A stretch of 64,000 nt of DNA. Source: Squalus acanthias (Eukaryota). A program made the position numbers and the translations under genes. The notes under the pieces were generated by a model. That model saw nothing but the letters and a program-made list of their open reading frames with translations, had not been told where the DNA came from and ran no database searches. Location: positions 13,516,001 to 13,580,000 of the forward strand of contig CM059436.1 in assembly GCA_030390025.1 (NCBI GenBank). The letters are read 5' to 3'. Below, piece after piece: positions 1 to 12,300 of this stretch (within the stretch, counting starts at the first letter, position 1; every line of letters begins with the position of its first letter).

Positions 1-207
1 TGAACATAATGGGTTACATTCACCCAGTAAATTAATTCATTTTCTCAGTATATTTTCCGCTATATTAAAGTAATAGAGGTAAAAAATCTGGGACAAATAT
101 AAATCTCTAGCAGATCCCAGTCTCCCTGAAAGAGATGCAAGGTTTAAAGTAAATCTCCCAGAGTTTGTTCAAATTAAATTCCCCGAGTCTGTCAGACATT
201 CGGGATG

Positions 208-680
208 AAACTCTTTGGAAAGAGAAGGCGGGTGGTACTTAAAAGAGCCTTTGTGGTTTGTTGTGAGTTGATTTCTTTTTGTCATTCAGGCGTAAACCTT
301 GCTTGGGTGGCCGGTTTTCTTCAGCACCTGAACGTTGGGCAGGACCCTGCTCTGGGCTTTGGTGACCCCTCCCAGCAACTTGTTCAGCTCTTCGTTGTTG
401 CGGAGGACAAGCTGCAAGGTGGTGGGGTATGATCCTGGTCGTCTTGTCGCGGGCTGCATTACCCGCCAGCTCCAGGATCTCGACGGTCAGGTACTCGGAC
501 AGCGGCCAGGTAGACGGGGGCTCCGGCCCCGACACGTTCGGCGTATTGACCCTTGTGCAGTAGTTGGTGGATGTGGCTGACCGAGAACTGAACAGGTCTT
601 GGCTTTGGCACGTCCTTTCCCTCCAGTTTTACCACGGCCAGACATCTTGTCGTTTTAGCTCTCAATAACTCCCTGCAGCG
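208..680 (-). pseudogene. Degenerate replication-dependent histone H2A pseudogene
   Basis: Minus strand from ATG at 645 reads [17 protein letters not shown]. Further H2A motifs occur in shifted frames ([26 protein letters not shown]; [24 protein letters not shown]; [16 protein letters not shown]), with several indels. Downstream are a degenerate histone stem-loop AAAGGCTCTTTTAAGTACCACCC (230-252) and an HDE-like AAAGAGTT (209-216). Confidence 0.93.
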
Positions 681-699
681 CACAGCTGCTGCTGCCACT

Positions 700-1165
700 G
701 CCATGGTGCTATCAAGCGGCACTTACTCACCAATAACCTGCTCACCGATGCTCAGTTTGGGTTCCGCCAGGATCACTTGGCTCCAGACCTCATTATAGCC
801 TTGGCCCAAACAGGACAAAAGAGCTGAATTCCAGAGGTGAGGTGAGAGTGACTGCCCTTGACATCAAGGCAGTGTAAGATTTAGATCACAGTTCACACAC
901 ACATTACCCAAAGGGTCTTCGGGGTTGTAAGGCATTTTATTAAGGAGCGGCAGTTTAAGTTAAGTACAACGGGAAAAATATTGCCGTTTCTTCATAGTCG
1001 CTGGGTCAAAATCCTGGAACTTCCTCCTAACAGCACTGGGAGCACCTTCACCATGTGGATTGCAGCGGTTCAAGAAGGCAGCTCACCACCACCTTCTCCA
1101 GGGCAATTAGGGATGGGCATAAATGCTGGCCTTGCCAGCGACGCCTACATCCATGAACAAATTTT
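700..1165 (+). mobile_element. Fragments of a CR1/L2-superclade LINE (family C here)
   Basis: RT-region remnant ([21 protein letters not shown]...VRVTALDIKA) plus the family 3' tail gggcaattagggatgggcataaatgctggccttgccagcgacgc. The same tail recurs near 19050, 21860, 47940 and 51720. Confidence 0.8.
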
Positions 1166-1514
1166 TTTTAAAAAGGAACCATTCAGCAGTGCCCAACCGC
1201 TCTGCACCGGCTTGCTCTCCATCACTGATTGGGGTCCTTTTTGCAGACCCCCTGGAAAGTCTCTACAAACCCCAAGGGGTCTGTGGACTCCAGTTTGAGA
1301 ACCACTGGTCTAGCCTGCCTATCCACAGTATTTGCATGCATTTCTAATAACTCTGTATCCCATTTGTTGAGAAGAACCTGTCTAGTTTCTTGAAACCATT
1401 AATGTTTGTTTTTCTACCCCGACCCCCATCCCGTTCCCCATACTTAGAACTTTTTTAGCAAAAAAGTTCCTCCTGCATTTCCTATTTTCTTTTGCTGATA
1501 ATTTGTGAAAAGGA

Positions 1515-2500
1515 TCCGCAAGGATCAGTGCTTGGGCCTCAGCTATTCACAATCTAGATCATGATTTGAATGAGGGGACCAAATGTAATATATGCAAGTT
1601 TGCTGATGATACAAAGCTGGGTGGGGATGTAAGTTGTGAGGAGGATGCAAAGAGGCTTCAAGGGGATATAGACAGTTAAGTGACTGGGAAGAACATGACA
1701 AATGGAATATAATGTGGAGAAATGTGAAGTTATCCACTTTGGTAGGAAAAATAGAAAAGCAGAGTATTTTTTAAAAGGTGAGAGATTGGGAAATGTTGGT
1801 GTTCAGAGGGACCTGAGTGTCCTTGTACACAAATCACTGAAAGTTAACATGCAGGTACAACAAGCAATTAGGAAAGCAAATGGTATGTTGGCCTTTATTG
1901 CAAGAGGATTTGAGTATAAGACTAAAGATGTCTAACTGCAATTATATAGGGCCCTAGTGAGACCTGGAGTATTGTGTACAGTTTTGGTCTCCTTACCTAA
2001 GGAAGGATATACTTGCCATAGAAGGAGTGCAACGAAGGTTTACCAGACTGATTCCTGGGATGGGGGGATTGTCCTATGAGGAGAGATTGAGTAGACTAGG
2101 CCTATATTCTCGAGTTGAGAATAATGAGAGGTGATCTCATTGAAACATACAAGATTCTGAGGGGGATTGACTGGGTAGATGATGACAGGTTGTTTCCCCT
2201 GTCTGGAGAGTCTAGAACTAGGGGGCATAGTCTCAGGATAAGGGATCGGCCATTGAGGACCGAGATGAGAAATTTCTTCACGCAAAGGGTTGTGAATCTT
2301 TGGAATTCTCTAACCCAAAGGGCTGTGGCGGCTTAGTTGTTGTGTATATTCAAGGCTGAGATAGATAGATTTTTGGACATCAAGGGATATGGGGATCGGG
2401 TAGGAAAGTAGAGTTGAGATCGAAGATCAGACATGATCTTATTGAATGGTGGAGCAGGCCCGAGGGCCGTATGGCCTACTCCTGCTCCTAATTCTTGTTA
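1515..2500 (+). mobile_element. 5'-truncated CR1 LINE (RT C-terminus and 3' UTR)
   Basis: QGSVLGP and KFADDTKL motifs, NVEKCEVIHFGRKN, RMRGDLIETYKIL and NFFTQRVVNLWNSL, followed by the typical tail ggcctactcctgctcct. Frameshifted. Confidence 0.92.
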
Positions 2501-2727
2501 TGTAATGAAGTAAAGCACTCGACGATCAAAAAACACTCCCCCATTCTGCTTCTCATCTTACTATTTTACAAACAAACACACGAAAAGGTTCAAGTGCACA
2601 TGCATATGCCGTGTGAACAAGTATTGAAATCACATAACAGTGGTGTCTATTACTCATTTTATTAGAAATGCAAAAAGCCACATCTGGATTCCCAATTATT
2701 ACGTGGTTAACGTATTGGACAACACTT
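2500..2727 (-). mobile_element. Terminal fragment of the hAT/Charlie-like DNA element
   Basis: Reverse complement of the left end of the copies at 6377 and 19115 (tattggacaacact terminus; gccacatctggattcccaatta). Confidence 0.7.
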
Positions 2728-2749
2728 ATTCGTAGTGATATGAGGTCCC

Positions 2750-2925
2750 TTCTGAAACGGAGTCCCATGGTGTAGCCTCTCATCTGAAAGATAGCACCTC
2801 CAACAATGTAGCACTCCCTCAGTACTGTACAGGAGTGTTAACCTAGATATGGTGTTCAGTTCCTGGAGTGTGGCTTGGACCTCTATATAAAAATTGAAAG
2901 TGCTATCACTGAGTTAAACTGACAT
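2750..2925 (-). mobile_element. Degenerate tRNA-derived (Deu-domain/SacSINE-like) SINE head
   Basis: ctcatctgaaagatagcacctccaacaatgtagcactccctcagtactg matches, in reverse, the SINE bodies at 13515, 51900 and 54330. Confidence 0.6.
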
Positions 2926-4444
2926 TGGCTGGGTCAGTGCCCCTTTATTTACAGACAGCTTGGCTGGACCTGGACCCTTTTCTTTACTAACCTGGGCCAA
3001 GGCACTCTTATTTTTGATCAAGAACATTACCACGGGAGGTCAATTAATGTTGATTTTAAGTCATTTGTTTTTGGCACGTGAGCATGGAGCATAATGAAAG
3101 TTACATGCATACAGTAGTAAAGAAAATAACTAGTCCAGTGGAATTAGAGAGATTGAGGGAATCAGAAACAGAATGTAAATGTGCTTAACAGAGACAAGTC
3201 TCACTGGCCCTGTCCAGCTTGTTTAACTGATTCTCCCTTCCTTTTCACAGCTGCTGACCTCCATGTAATCCTTCTCTAGCTGGGAAAGTGGATAAACAGG
3301 TCACAGATTAAGTCACAGCTTTCAGTGCAGTACTGATTGAGTATGCGTCTTCGCAGTTGATATAAATACCATATTTTGTAATAGTTGCTGTAGTTTGATA
3401 TAAAGAGTAATGATTAGAAATTGTGTACACAACAGGTTTTTTTTCAAGCATTATGAAAGGATAGTTGGAATCTACTTGGTACAGTTAGTGAGCCAAGTTC
3501 ATTTTCTCCAGTTGACTGAATCTAGGGCCACCGTCAGAAATAACTACTGAAGTAGTATTGGAATTGCCTAGTGGTTGAAAAATCTGGCAGCAAAATGTTG
3601 AATTTGGACATGGAATTTTGATATTTCAGGTTTTTTAAAACTTGTTTCTTAATGGATTGTTACTGTTTATTTATATTTTGTTTGCTATACTCGCTATTGA
3701 AATTGTACATAACAGATTTTTAAAAATCTATCAAATCTGGAAATAGCTGGTGTATATTTTATGTTCTGCAGTTAATTTGCCTGTCCAGTTGTTGTATGCA
3801 CAAAACAAGCTGTCATACTTTTTAATTGCTCCATAAGCCACAGACAAGCCCCTTTTCAGGGTCTTTGTTGGGGAGGAGCTTTTGAAGTATCTGGTTGTTT
3901 GCAGCTGTGTTGTGGCTTTGGTTGTTTAACATTTTGCCGTTTTTTTTTAACAAACCCCTGACAGAAGGGAGTTTGTGTTTTCAACAGACCGGCTTCATAC
4001 CAAAGTGGTTTAAGCAGCTGTATTGTGGGGGAACAACAAAGAGTTTATTATTGTGTCTGTGACGCAAGGAGCAGGCAATTCTGCGGTGAGGCATTGCTGC
4101 TGTTGATGTCGATTGTTGACTTGCCATCTGCCAGATAGGAAGAATAAAAAAATGACAGCTCCAGCAGGGTGTTCAAGAGCTTATTGGAGAGACGCATAAA
4201 CATGTGCAGATGTCAAACAGCATACTGACAAGAGTTCAAAATGCTCTATAATGCTGTGGCTTCTGGCAATATATTATCTTTCATCCAACAAAGTTTATAA
4301 TATTTCAGTGCTGTAATTCTTTTGCATTGAACGTCAAATATTGTTTCAAGGTGCTCTGTGTAGCAGGTACAACAATGGCAATTTTGCCAAAATTATTTGA
4401 TAGTCAAAATTACAATATGTGGTTTTAATATGTTAAAGAACTTC

Positions 4445-4740
4445 ATAGTCATAGTCATAATGGCACAGAAGGAGGCCATTCGGCCCATCGAGTCAGTCCC
4501 ATTCCCCTGCTCAATCCCCATAGCCCTGCAAGTTTATTTCCCTCAAGTGTCTATCCAGTCTCCCCTTGAAAACATTGAGCGTGTCCGCTTCCACCACTTC
4601 TGTCGGCAGCGAATTCCAGGTCATCACCACTTGCTGTGTTTATAAAAAAAAAAAAAGTTTTTCCTCACATCCGCCCCCCTGTATCTCTTGCCCAAAATCT
4701 TAAATCTGTGTCCCCTAGTCCTTGTACCATCAACTAGTGT
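4445..4740 (-). mobile_element. CR1 3'-end fragment
   Basis: Reverse complement of a CR1 3' end (ggccattcggcccatcgagtc...gaattccagg...cttgtaccatcaactagtg), similar to the copies ending near 59600 and 62600. Confidence 0.8.
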
Positions 4741-6376
4741 TTCTTAAATGCATTCAGATAATTTTTAAGATTAATGTATGTGTTTCCATCTTATGGTTCC
4801 CCCCCCCCCCCCCCCTTCATCGTTTTTCTTTTTCTCTCATTGTCTGTAGGTGCTGTAGAACGTATTATTTGCATGATAGTTTTGCACTTTTTGTAAAGGC
4901 ATCCCCGGCTTAGGAAAAGATAATAACAGCAAAGATACTCAATTACAGTATGTGCGCCAGGAAACAAAGGTTGATCTGCAATATTTTGAACTAGTGCATA
5001 AGCAGCTCCCCTGCTCTGAGAAATATGTATTGCATAGAATTGAACAGTTCTATAGTATTTTTTCCTGCTAATGTTGATTAATTAAAAAAAAAATAGTTGC
5101 ACTGAAGGTTAACTGAGTTTCAAACTGAAGCCCAAGTTATACAACATGAGGTTGGATATTGGAACATTTTTAAGTATGGTGTAAGCAGGCAGCTGTAATT
5201 TTATTGCCTATTTGCATTTATTGTTAGTCAAGCAAAGCAGAGCTGAGTAGCATATATAAACATACACAAAACTGTTCATCAGGATTGCCTAATTCTTTTA
5301 AAACTTAATCTTCAAAAATTGACTTGCACTTGCCAAAATACAGGGTAATATTGAGAGCATCTCTTCCAAATGGTCTTGCTGTCAAAGCCAAACTCCTGGT
5401 TTCTGTAAAATCGGCAATGGTGTTGACTGGCAGCAATTGTACCCTATAACCAGGGCATTAATTGGGTTTCTTATGTTAAATGATGCTTAGCAGCTTATTT
5501 AAGAATAATAACAAAACTCCATCCAAAAAAATTTAATGGAGAAGTTTGATAAATGCTGCAGTTGCCAACCTAAAACTTGATGCCAATTGGGAATGTAAGG
5601 TGCTTTAATCTTCATGCATGAATGGATAGTTTTGGGAGAGCAACATCCACTCACCACTTTTCCCCCTTTTGCATTCAGAGTGGGAGGTTGATTTCCATAG
5701 GCATGCTATGCTTGGCTTTTATATGGAGCCCCACAGACAAAAAACATGAGATTGGCTCCTTATGTTTATCTAAATAAAATCAGCTCCCTTCTACTGATGA
5801 CAGAATTGTAGACTCATATTTTCACGGGTCTCCTGTGCTATTCATATTTACACTGGAGTGCAGCTGCTGAAGGATAATGTGTATTTGGCTGTATTTCTAT
5901 TGTGTAAAAGTACTCTTTCCAGTGCTATGCTTGTACCTTGTCCTAAGTTAAAATCCAACATCGGATCAGATTCTTCTTTCCAGTTCTTTTAATAGTCTTA
6001 AGTGGAATAAAGCTTGGCTAGTCTCAAATGGATTCCAGATGAACAGCAGAAAACTATATATAATTTGTACTGACTAGGTAAAGTCACTTGATCAAAATTG
6101 AAGTGATGCCTCTTGTAAGAGGGAGTGCAGATATGAGGTTTGAGTAGGCTATTTGTTTATACTACAGATTCAGGATTTCTCCCGACTGCTTTGTTTATAC
6201 TGCAGAGTCGTTTGATCCACAGGAGGGCAAAAGAAACCTAACCATTACCAGCTCATCTATCTCTCACAGACTTCAAACTTTTCCTCCTGAAAACGTTTTT
6301 TTGCGGACTCAGGAGCATATTCAGGCGACAGGAATACTATTTTCGAGAAAAGAATATTTTTTATTAACATCTAATT

Positions 6377-7922
6377 TAGTTTTGTCCAGTATGTTAGCCA
6401 CTAGCCACATGTGGCTAATTGGGAATCCAGATTGGAGAATTGCATTTCTGATTAAATTTAAAAAAATGAGTAATAGACGCCCGTCATTTGGCATGTAATC
6501 TCAATACTCATATTCCCAAGGCGTATACATGTGTAGGGGTAGAGTTTCTGTTTTGGGCGCAATCGCTGATACCACCCAAAATGGCAACCATTTCGAAAAG
6601 TGTTTCTCTCTCCTCTCTCCTCCGCTCCCCCCCCCTCCCCGAGTTTCTGCTTAAATGCATTTGCATATCGCTGAATGCAAAATCTGCCATGGACCAGGCA
6701 GTGTTTTAAAACATAATTTTAAAAAATTTTTGCTTTTTAAAAAAAATAAAAAATTCCTTGCTACATTTAAGAGTGGTAACTTGGTAAAGTTTGATTAATA
6801 CAACTGAAAATGGGTTTATCCCAAGAAAGAAGCATTTTAAATCAGTCAGTCCACCAACTGAGTAACCCGATTTTAAATGACTGGAAAATAATTTTGTATA
6901 TATTAAGTTAGATTGGGGTACAGTAGTGAGTTCCTTTTAGTAAATTTAAAAAAAATTCAAAACCTTTCAAAATGTACCTGTTCGTGTCCTTGTGTCCAAA
7001 GGTTCCAGCTTAATTTTTGGAGCCTCCTCGAAGACGTACAAATGAGCCCGATTAGCAGAAACTTCCAATGGTGATTAATTCACCCTGCGGACGGGGTGTG
7101 TGGGGGGGGGGGGTGTGGCCAGTTTGGTGGGCGGGGCCTGCTTCTAGCATGAGGTTTTTAAAACTAGCGCAAAAATCACAAACTTGATTTGCGCTAAACG
7201 CAATTTATGCTTAAAATTCAGTGATCTTTTGCGCTGGTTAGGCCGATTTCGGGGAAATTGTGCCAAAAAGCCAGCACAATCGAGTGGAAGTTCCAGGCCA
7301 CATACTTTAGGCATTTTGTCTATTTATTGGTAAAATGAAATGCAGAGTTTGAGAAATGATTTTTGATCATTGTGTTTGCTTTACTTCCTTGGTTATTGGT
7401 TATCTGCTAGAATGATGTGTAACACGGGTAAAAACTTCAGCACAATGGAAACACCAGCAATGTTGTGTGGAGAGGGGAGCTGTCCTCGCGGTCAGCTCGA
7501 TCAATATAACTATTCCAGGCCAGCGGAAGAAATCAAACCCAACCAATAATGAGCAGTTCCAACAGGGCATATCATGGCAAAGGACAAGGGGCAACCATAG
7601 CATTCTGGATGAAGAGCAAGGGCGGGTCTTGCATTTCTTGTGCAAGTCAGCAATCTGATGAAATCAAAGTACTGCTTGTAACTGCTGAACAAAAATCTTG
7701 AAGCTGCACTAAGATGTGCTGTGTCTGATAAATTCATAACATAATTTCAAACTTTGGTGAAAGAGAGACTAAATGGTGGTAGATGTTAAGTAAATATACA
7801 CATGAAGTACATTTACCTGTATTGTGTGTAAAGTGTTTTATACTAAAACTAGTGTGTGGCTAAAGCAGTGTTGTCATAGCCATGCTAGTTGCTAGTCAGC
7901 GATTTTCTATTGGACAGCACTG
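6377..7922 (+). mobile_element. hAT (Charlie/Buster-like) non-autonomous DNA transposon, interrupted by a MITE
   Basis: Imperfect TIRs tagttttgtccagta (6377) and tattggacagcactg (ending 7922). The 8-bp flanks atctaatt / acctaatc match at 6 of 8 positions, consistent with a hAT TSD. The subterminal tagccactagccacatgtggcta resembles MER3/Charlie1 ends. An internal transposase C-terminal remnant reads NLMKSKY...LNKNLEAALRCAVSDKFI (~7652-7740). Confidence 0.75.
6535..7299. mobile_element. Probable Harbinger-type MITE inserted in the hAT element
   Basis: The host sequence is continuous across this point in the 19115 copy. Ends ggggtagagtttc / gaagttccaggcc weakly resemble the Harbinger TIR at 25908. 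GCGC-core subterminal motifs, AT-rich middle. Confidence 0.5.
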
Positions 7923-7984
7923 ACCTAATCCATCTGTGCCTCTGCTAGGAGTGACTGGGTGGTCACGGGGGCTTAGACCCATAT

Positions 7985-8300
7985 TGCATAGGAACGTAGG
8001 AACATTCAATTAGATCATAGCTAATCTGTATCTTGCCTCCATTTACCAGCCTTGGTTCCATATCCCTTAATACCCATGCCTAATAATCTATCAACTTAGA
8101 TTTGAAATTTTTAATTGACCTAGCCTCAACAGCTTTATAGGGGAAGAGTTCCAAATTTCCACTACCCTTTGTGAGAAGGAGCGCTTCCTGACATCGCCTC
8201 TGTACGGCCTATCTCTAATTTTAAGGTTATGCCCCCTGGTTCTGGATACCCCCACCAGAGGAAGTAGTTTCTCTCTACCGTATCAAATCCTTTTATATGA
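7985..8300 (-). mobile_element. CR1 3'-end fragment
   Basis: Reverse complement of CR1 3' coding/UTR sequence (KGFDTVER; tatcccttaataccc). Confidence 0.75.
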
Positions 8301-9399
8301 GCAACACCATGGGAGATTCGCATGTGTTTTTTTTCTATTTCCTTCATCATTCCAGAGTTATAAAAACAATTCACATCCGGTTAATGTTTTTCCCAACAGA
8401 ATCAAGCTTTGTGGCACTTTGCTTACATTTTAATGATGGCAAAAGAATAATGCTGTGTTATCTCAGTCAGATTGACCTGGAGGTCTGTTAGAAACCAACA
8501 GTAACTAGAAGACTCCCAGCTGCAGGGTTTTTAACACCATGTTAGGATCCCAGAGTCTCATTTAGCTCCGAGTCATGCTCAAACTAACAATAACCACAGG
8601 GTTCAGGAACTGAATCACTGTGTACCATATGTCCCTTCCATTTGGGGCACTGAATACAGCCAATTATTTTACTTATGCCATCAAGCAGGTTACTGAAAAA
8701 ATTTAGTGAATGCTTTTGCATCCCATATTGAAGCTTAATCTTTCAGCATGATTACTTTTATATCAAGTGATCAGTGATTGGCAATTTGTTTTAATGAAGT
8801 ACTAATGTAATGACTTTTTTCAAGTTTTAAGAATATTGGATGCAAGTAAAGCTAGTTTTCATAGTATGGAAGGATTTCTGTAATGGAACAGCTTTATTTT
8901 ATTTGAGGGCAACACTACCTCTCTTCACCATCCACATGGCACATACCATCAGTAGCCAAGAGGGAGAGCTGTTGGGCAATTTGCTCCCATCCCTACAGAG
9001 AATTGAATTGAAGTTAACCACAAATAGTTGAGCTAGAGTGGCTCAGCCATGACTAAGGATTTTAATTCTGTTTTATCTCATTTGGAATTTCACCACAGTG
9101 GTGATGACTATCATGACAGCAGATCTGTGACCTCCTCCTGCCCCCAACATCTTGACACTAATTATAGAAATTCAGGGCAGTTTTTTTTTGACTACCTACA
9201 TATACATGACTACCAGTTCTGGTGTTTTTAATGTTCTAGCACGTGGGTCTTCATATATTGTACTTTATGCTGGCCTGTTCCCTTGGTACTTCAGGGCTCA
9301 AATCCTCCCCGCTTCCAATTTTTTTACATCTGGATCCCACATGGGAGAAACAGCCAATTAGGCAAAGTGTCAGTGAAGTGGGGTTCAGCTTCTGCCTGT

Positions 9400-12300
9400 G
9401 AAACCAGTAGTCTGTGCCAGCAGGGGAGGAGAAGAGAAAAGTTGAAGAGAACTAAAAGAAAACTGTGCCAAGGATAACCACTATATTAGTCACATTGGCA
9501 GTTTGATTGAGGTAGTGGTAGCAGTGACTTGTGTGCAAGCTGTGATTTAAAAGATACAAATCACTTAAACTACCTTAAGGCTGTATAAAGTGAAAGAAAA
9601 AGGTACTGTTCTGGTGTTGGTGGAAGATGGCGCTTTGTCTATTGTCACTTTCTCCCAATTTTTACTACTGGATGATTTGGAGAAAGTCACAATGGATATG
9701 CTGCCCATGAATTCCACTATCCTTTTCATGTATGATCTTGTAGTGGGGAGCATCTACTCCTTGTGGCTGAATTAATTAGGATTTCTTTCTTGTTTCCCTC
9801 TTCAACCAAGCGTATTGCAAATGGACAAATGAGTAGGGTGCTCTGATGATGAATTTTCCCTTTCCCTCACTTAACGTATTACAAAATAGTCTAGTGACAG
9901 CATGAATGTCTCTATCCATGGATGGTGCTAGTATGAATCCCCAATGTTTTATAATGCTATTGTGAAGTACTTATCAAGTTCAAAGAGCGGCTTGGCTTGG
10001 GTTGCACAAGGTGGATACATAAAAGTTGCTCTGTTTTTATAGGCCTGGAGAACAACCAGGTCTCTGGAGACAAAATTGTAGATGCCTGTGTTCAACAATA
10101 GCTGTTGATGCTTGAAAAGCTGAGGGACCATTCCACCAGAGAGTAGCTGTTATACTGACTAGTTTTTGCTCACTTTGAAGAACATCTTTAAGGTGAGCAA
10201 GATCAAAGAAACCACTTTTGACTGGATCCCCTTTTCTCTCATATTTTGAAAGTCTATGCATTTAGGAGAAAGATAAATTTGCCTCTTTGATATTTCCACA
10301 TACAACCATATTCCTATTAGTGTCTGGGTACATTTGCTAAGTAGTTGAAAGGAATATTTTAAAAGGACAGAATGATGTGGCTATGCTTAGTGTTACACTC
10401 ATCCCAACTGCAACTACACTTTGATGAAAGGCTTTTTATAGTGGACAGGTGGAGGTGTTTGCAGATTTAAGGACAAAAGAAGTTGTGTTTATATAGTGTC
10501 GTTTATATCCTCAGGACATCCTAAAGTGCTTTAGAACCAATGGATTACTTTTGCAGATTACTTGAGGAGGTTCCCTCATGGTAATTGCATTGTCCATTTG
10601 AGATTGACAATTGATATCATTAGGTGTAATGAAAAGAAGGTTCATTTTAAGCAGGAGAGAACAGTATCTACTTCAGATATTTCATAATTCCAAAAAAGAG
10701 GTCTCCATCCCATACTGGACCTCGGGGTATTAAACTGGTTAATCTAACAGGGAAAAGATGAGAGACTAGTAAATGTTGGTATTCAGAGGGATTTGGGTGT
10801 CCTTGTATATGAATCACAAAGTTAACATGCAGGTACAGCAAGCAATTGGATAGATAAATGGTATGTTAGCCTTTATTGCAACGGGGTTGGAGTATAAGAG
10901 TAAGGAAGTCTTGCTGCAATTATATAGGGCTTTGCTACGACCACACCTGAAGTGCTGTGTATAGTTTTGCTCAACCTTACCTAAGGAAGAATATACTTTC
11001 CTTGGAGGGGGTGCAACAAAGATTCATGAGATTGATTGATTTCTGGGATGAGAGGGCTGTCCTATGAGAAGAGATTGAGTAGAATGGGCCTATATTCTCT
11101 GGAGTTTAGAAGAATGAGAGGTGATCTCTTTGAAACATGCAAAATTCTTAGAGGGCTTGACAGGGTAGATGCTGAGAGGCTGTTTTCCCTGGCTGGAGAG
11201 TCTAGAACTAGGGGTCATAATCTCAGGATAAGGGGTCGCCCATTTAGGACTGTGATGAGGAGAAATTTCTTTACTCAGGGTTGTGAATCTTTGGAATTCT
11301 CTACCCCAGAGGTCTGTGGATGCTCAGTCGTTGAGTATATTCAAGACTGAAATCAATAGATTGTTGGGCACTAAGGGAATCAAGGGATATGGGGATAAGG
11401 CGGGAAAGTGAAGTTGATGTAGAAGTTCAGCCATGATCTTATTGAATGGCAGAGCAGGCTCGAGGGGCTGTATGGCCCATGGTCTGCTCCTATTTCTTAT
11501 GTTAATGCCTCAGATTATGCAGATGGTATATTCTGAAGCCATAGGCCTAAAAGGTGCCTACTTTTCTTATTGCCATATAGGAATATAGAGTGTTCCTGTT
11601 TCAATTTTAAGGCCTTTCATTGGCATCCAGAATTGTTAAAAATTGCCTATTCATTATAACCGTGCATCTCACCTCCAGGGTGCAGAGTCTCCATGCAGCT
11701 GATACATAATCTAATCCAGGAGCTGGGTTTAGGGAAGCTATTTTGAACTCAGTAGAAAATATTTCTACCTGTAGACTGATTTACTGTCAGGGGGGTGGTT
11801 ATGGATCTCAGCAAAAAGTATCTACAGCTACCTGACCTGATGGCAGCAGTCATCTTGGACGTTCAAAACACACAACTGTACATGAGGTGGTTCAGCTGAA
11901 CATGCTCAACCAGTGGTATCCTGTCTGCACACCTCTTAGCTGGTAAGGATTGACTAAACATCAGCTCTGGAGTTTATATGGTAGTCACTATAGTGGAATA
12001 TTCTACATGGGATTATGGTGGTAGTGGCTGCATCTAGCCAGGATGGATGCCTATTTTCAGAGCTCGGGGCAGATGGATAATGGCATTTCAACCACCAGGA
12101 ATTGAGAATGGTAAGATTGGTTGTTGAATGTTCCCATATCCATACAGATGCAAATTTTTGTGTATGGATGGACAATACTCTATTGGTCTGCAGTGTCAAG
12201 AAAGCAGAGAAGGATTTGCATATTGGTGACTGCATCATGAGGTAATACTTTTGGGTAGACAACAGTGATGAGCACCTCTCAATCATCTCGGTGTTGGTTT

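Noticed and set aside
874-980. Possible LTR end fragment (tgtaag...tttattaa) inside the LINE
   Set aside because: Too short; no second LTR, PBS or TSD visible.
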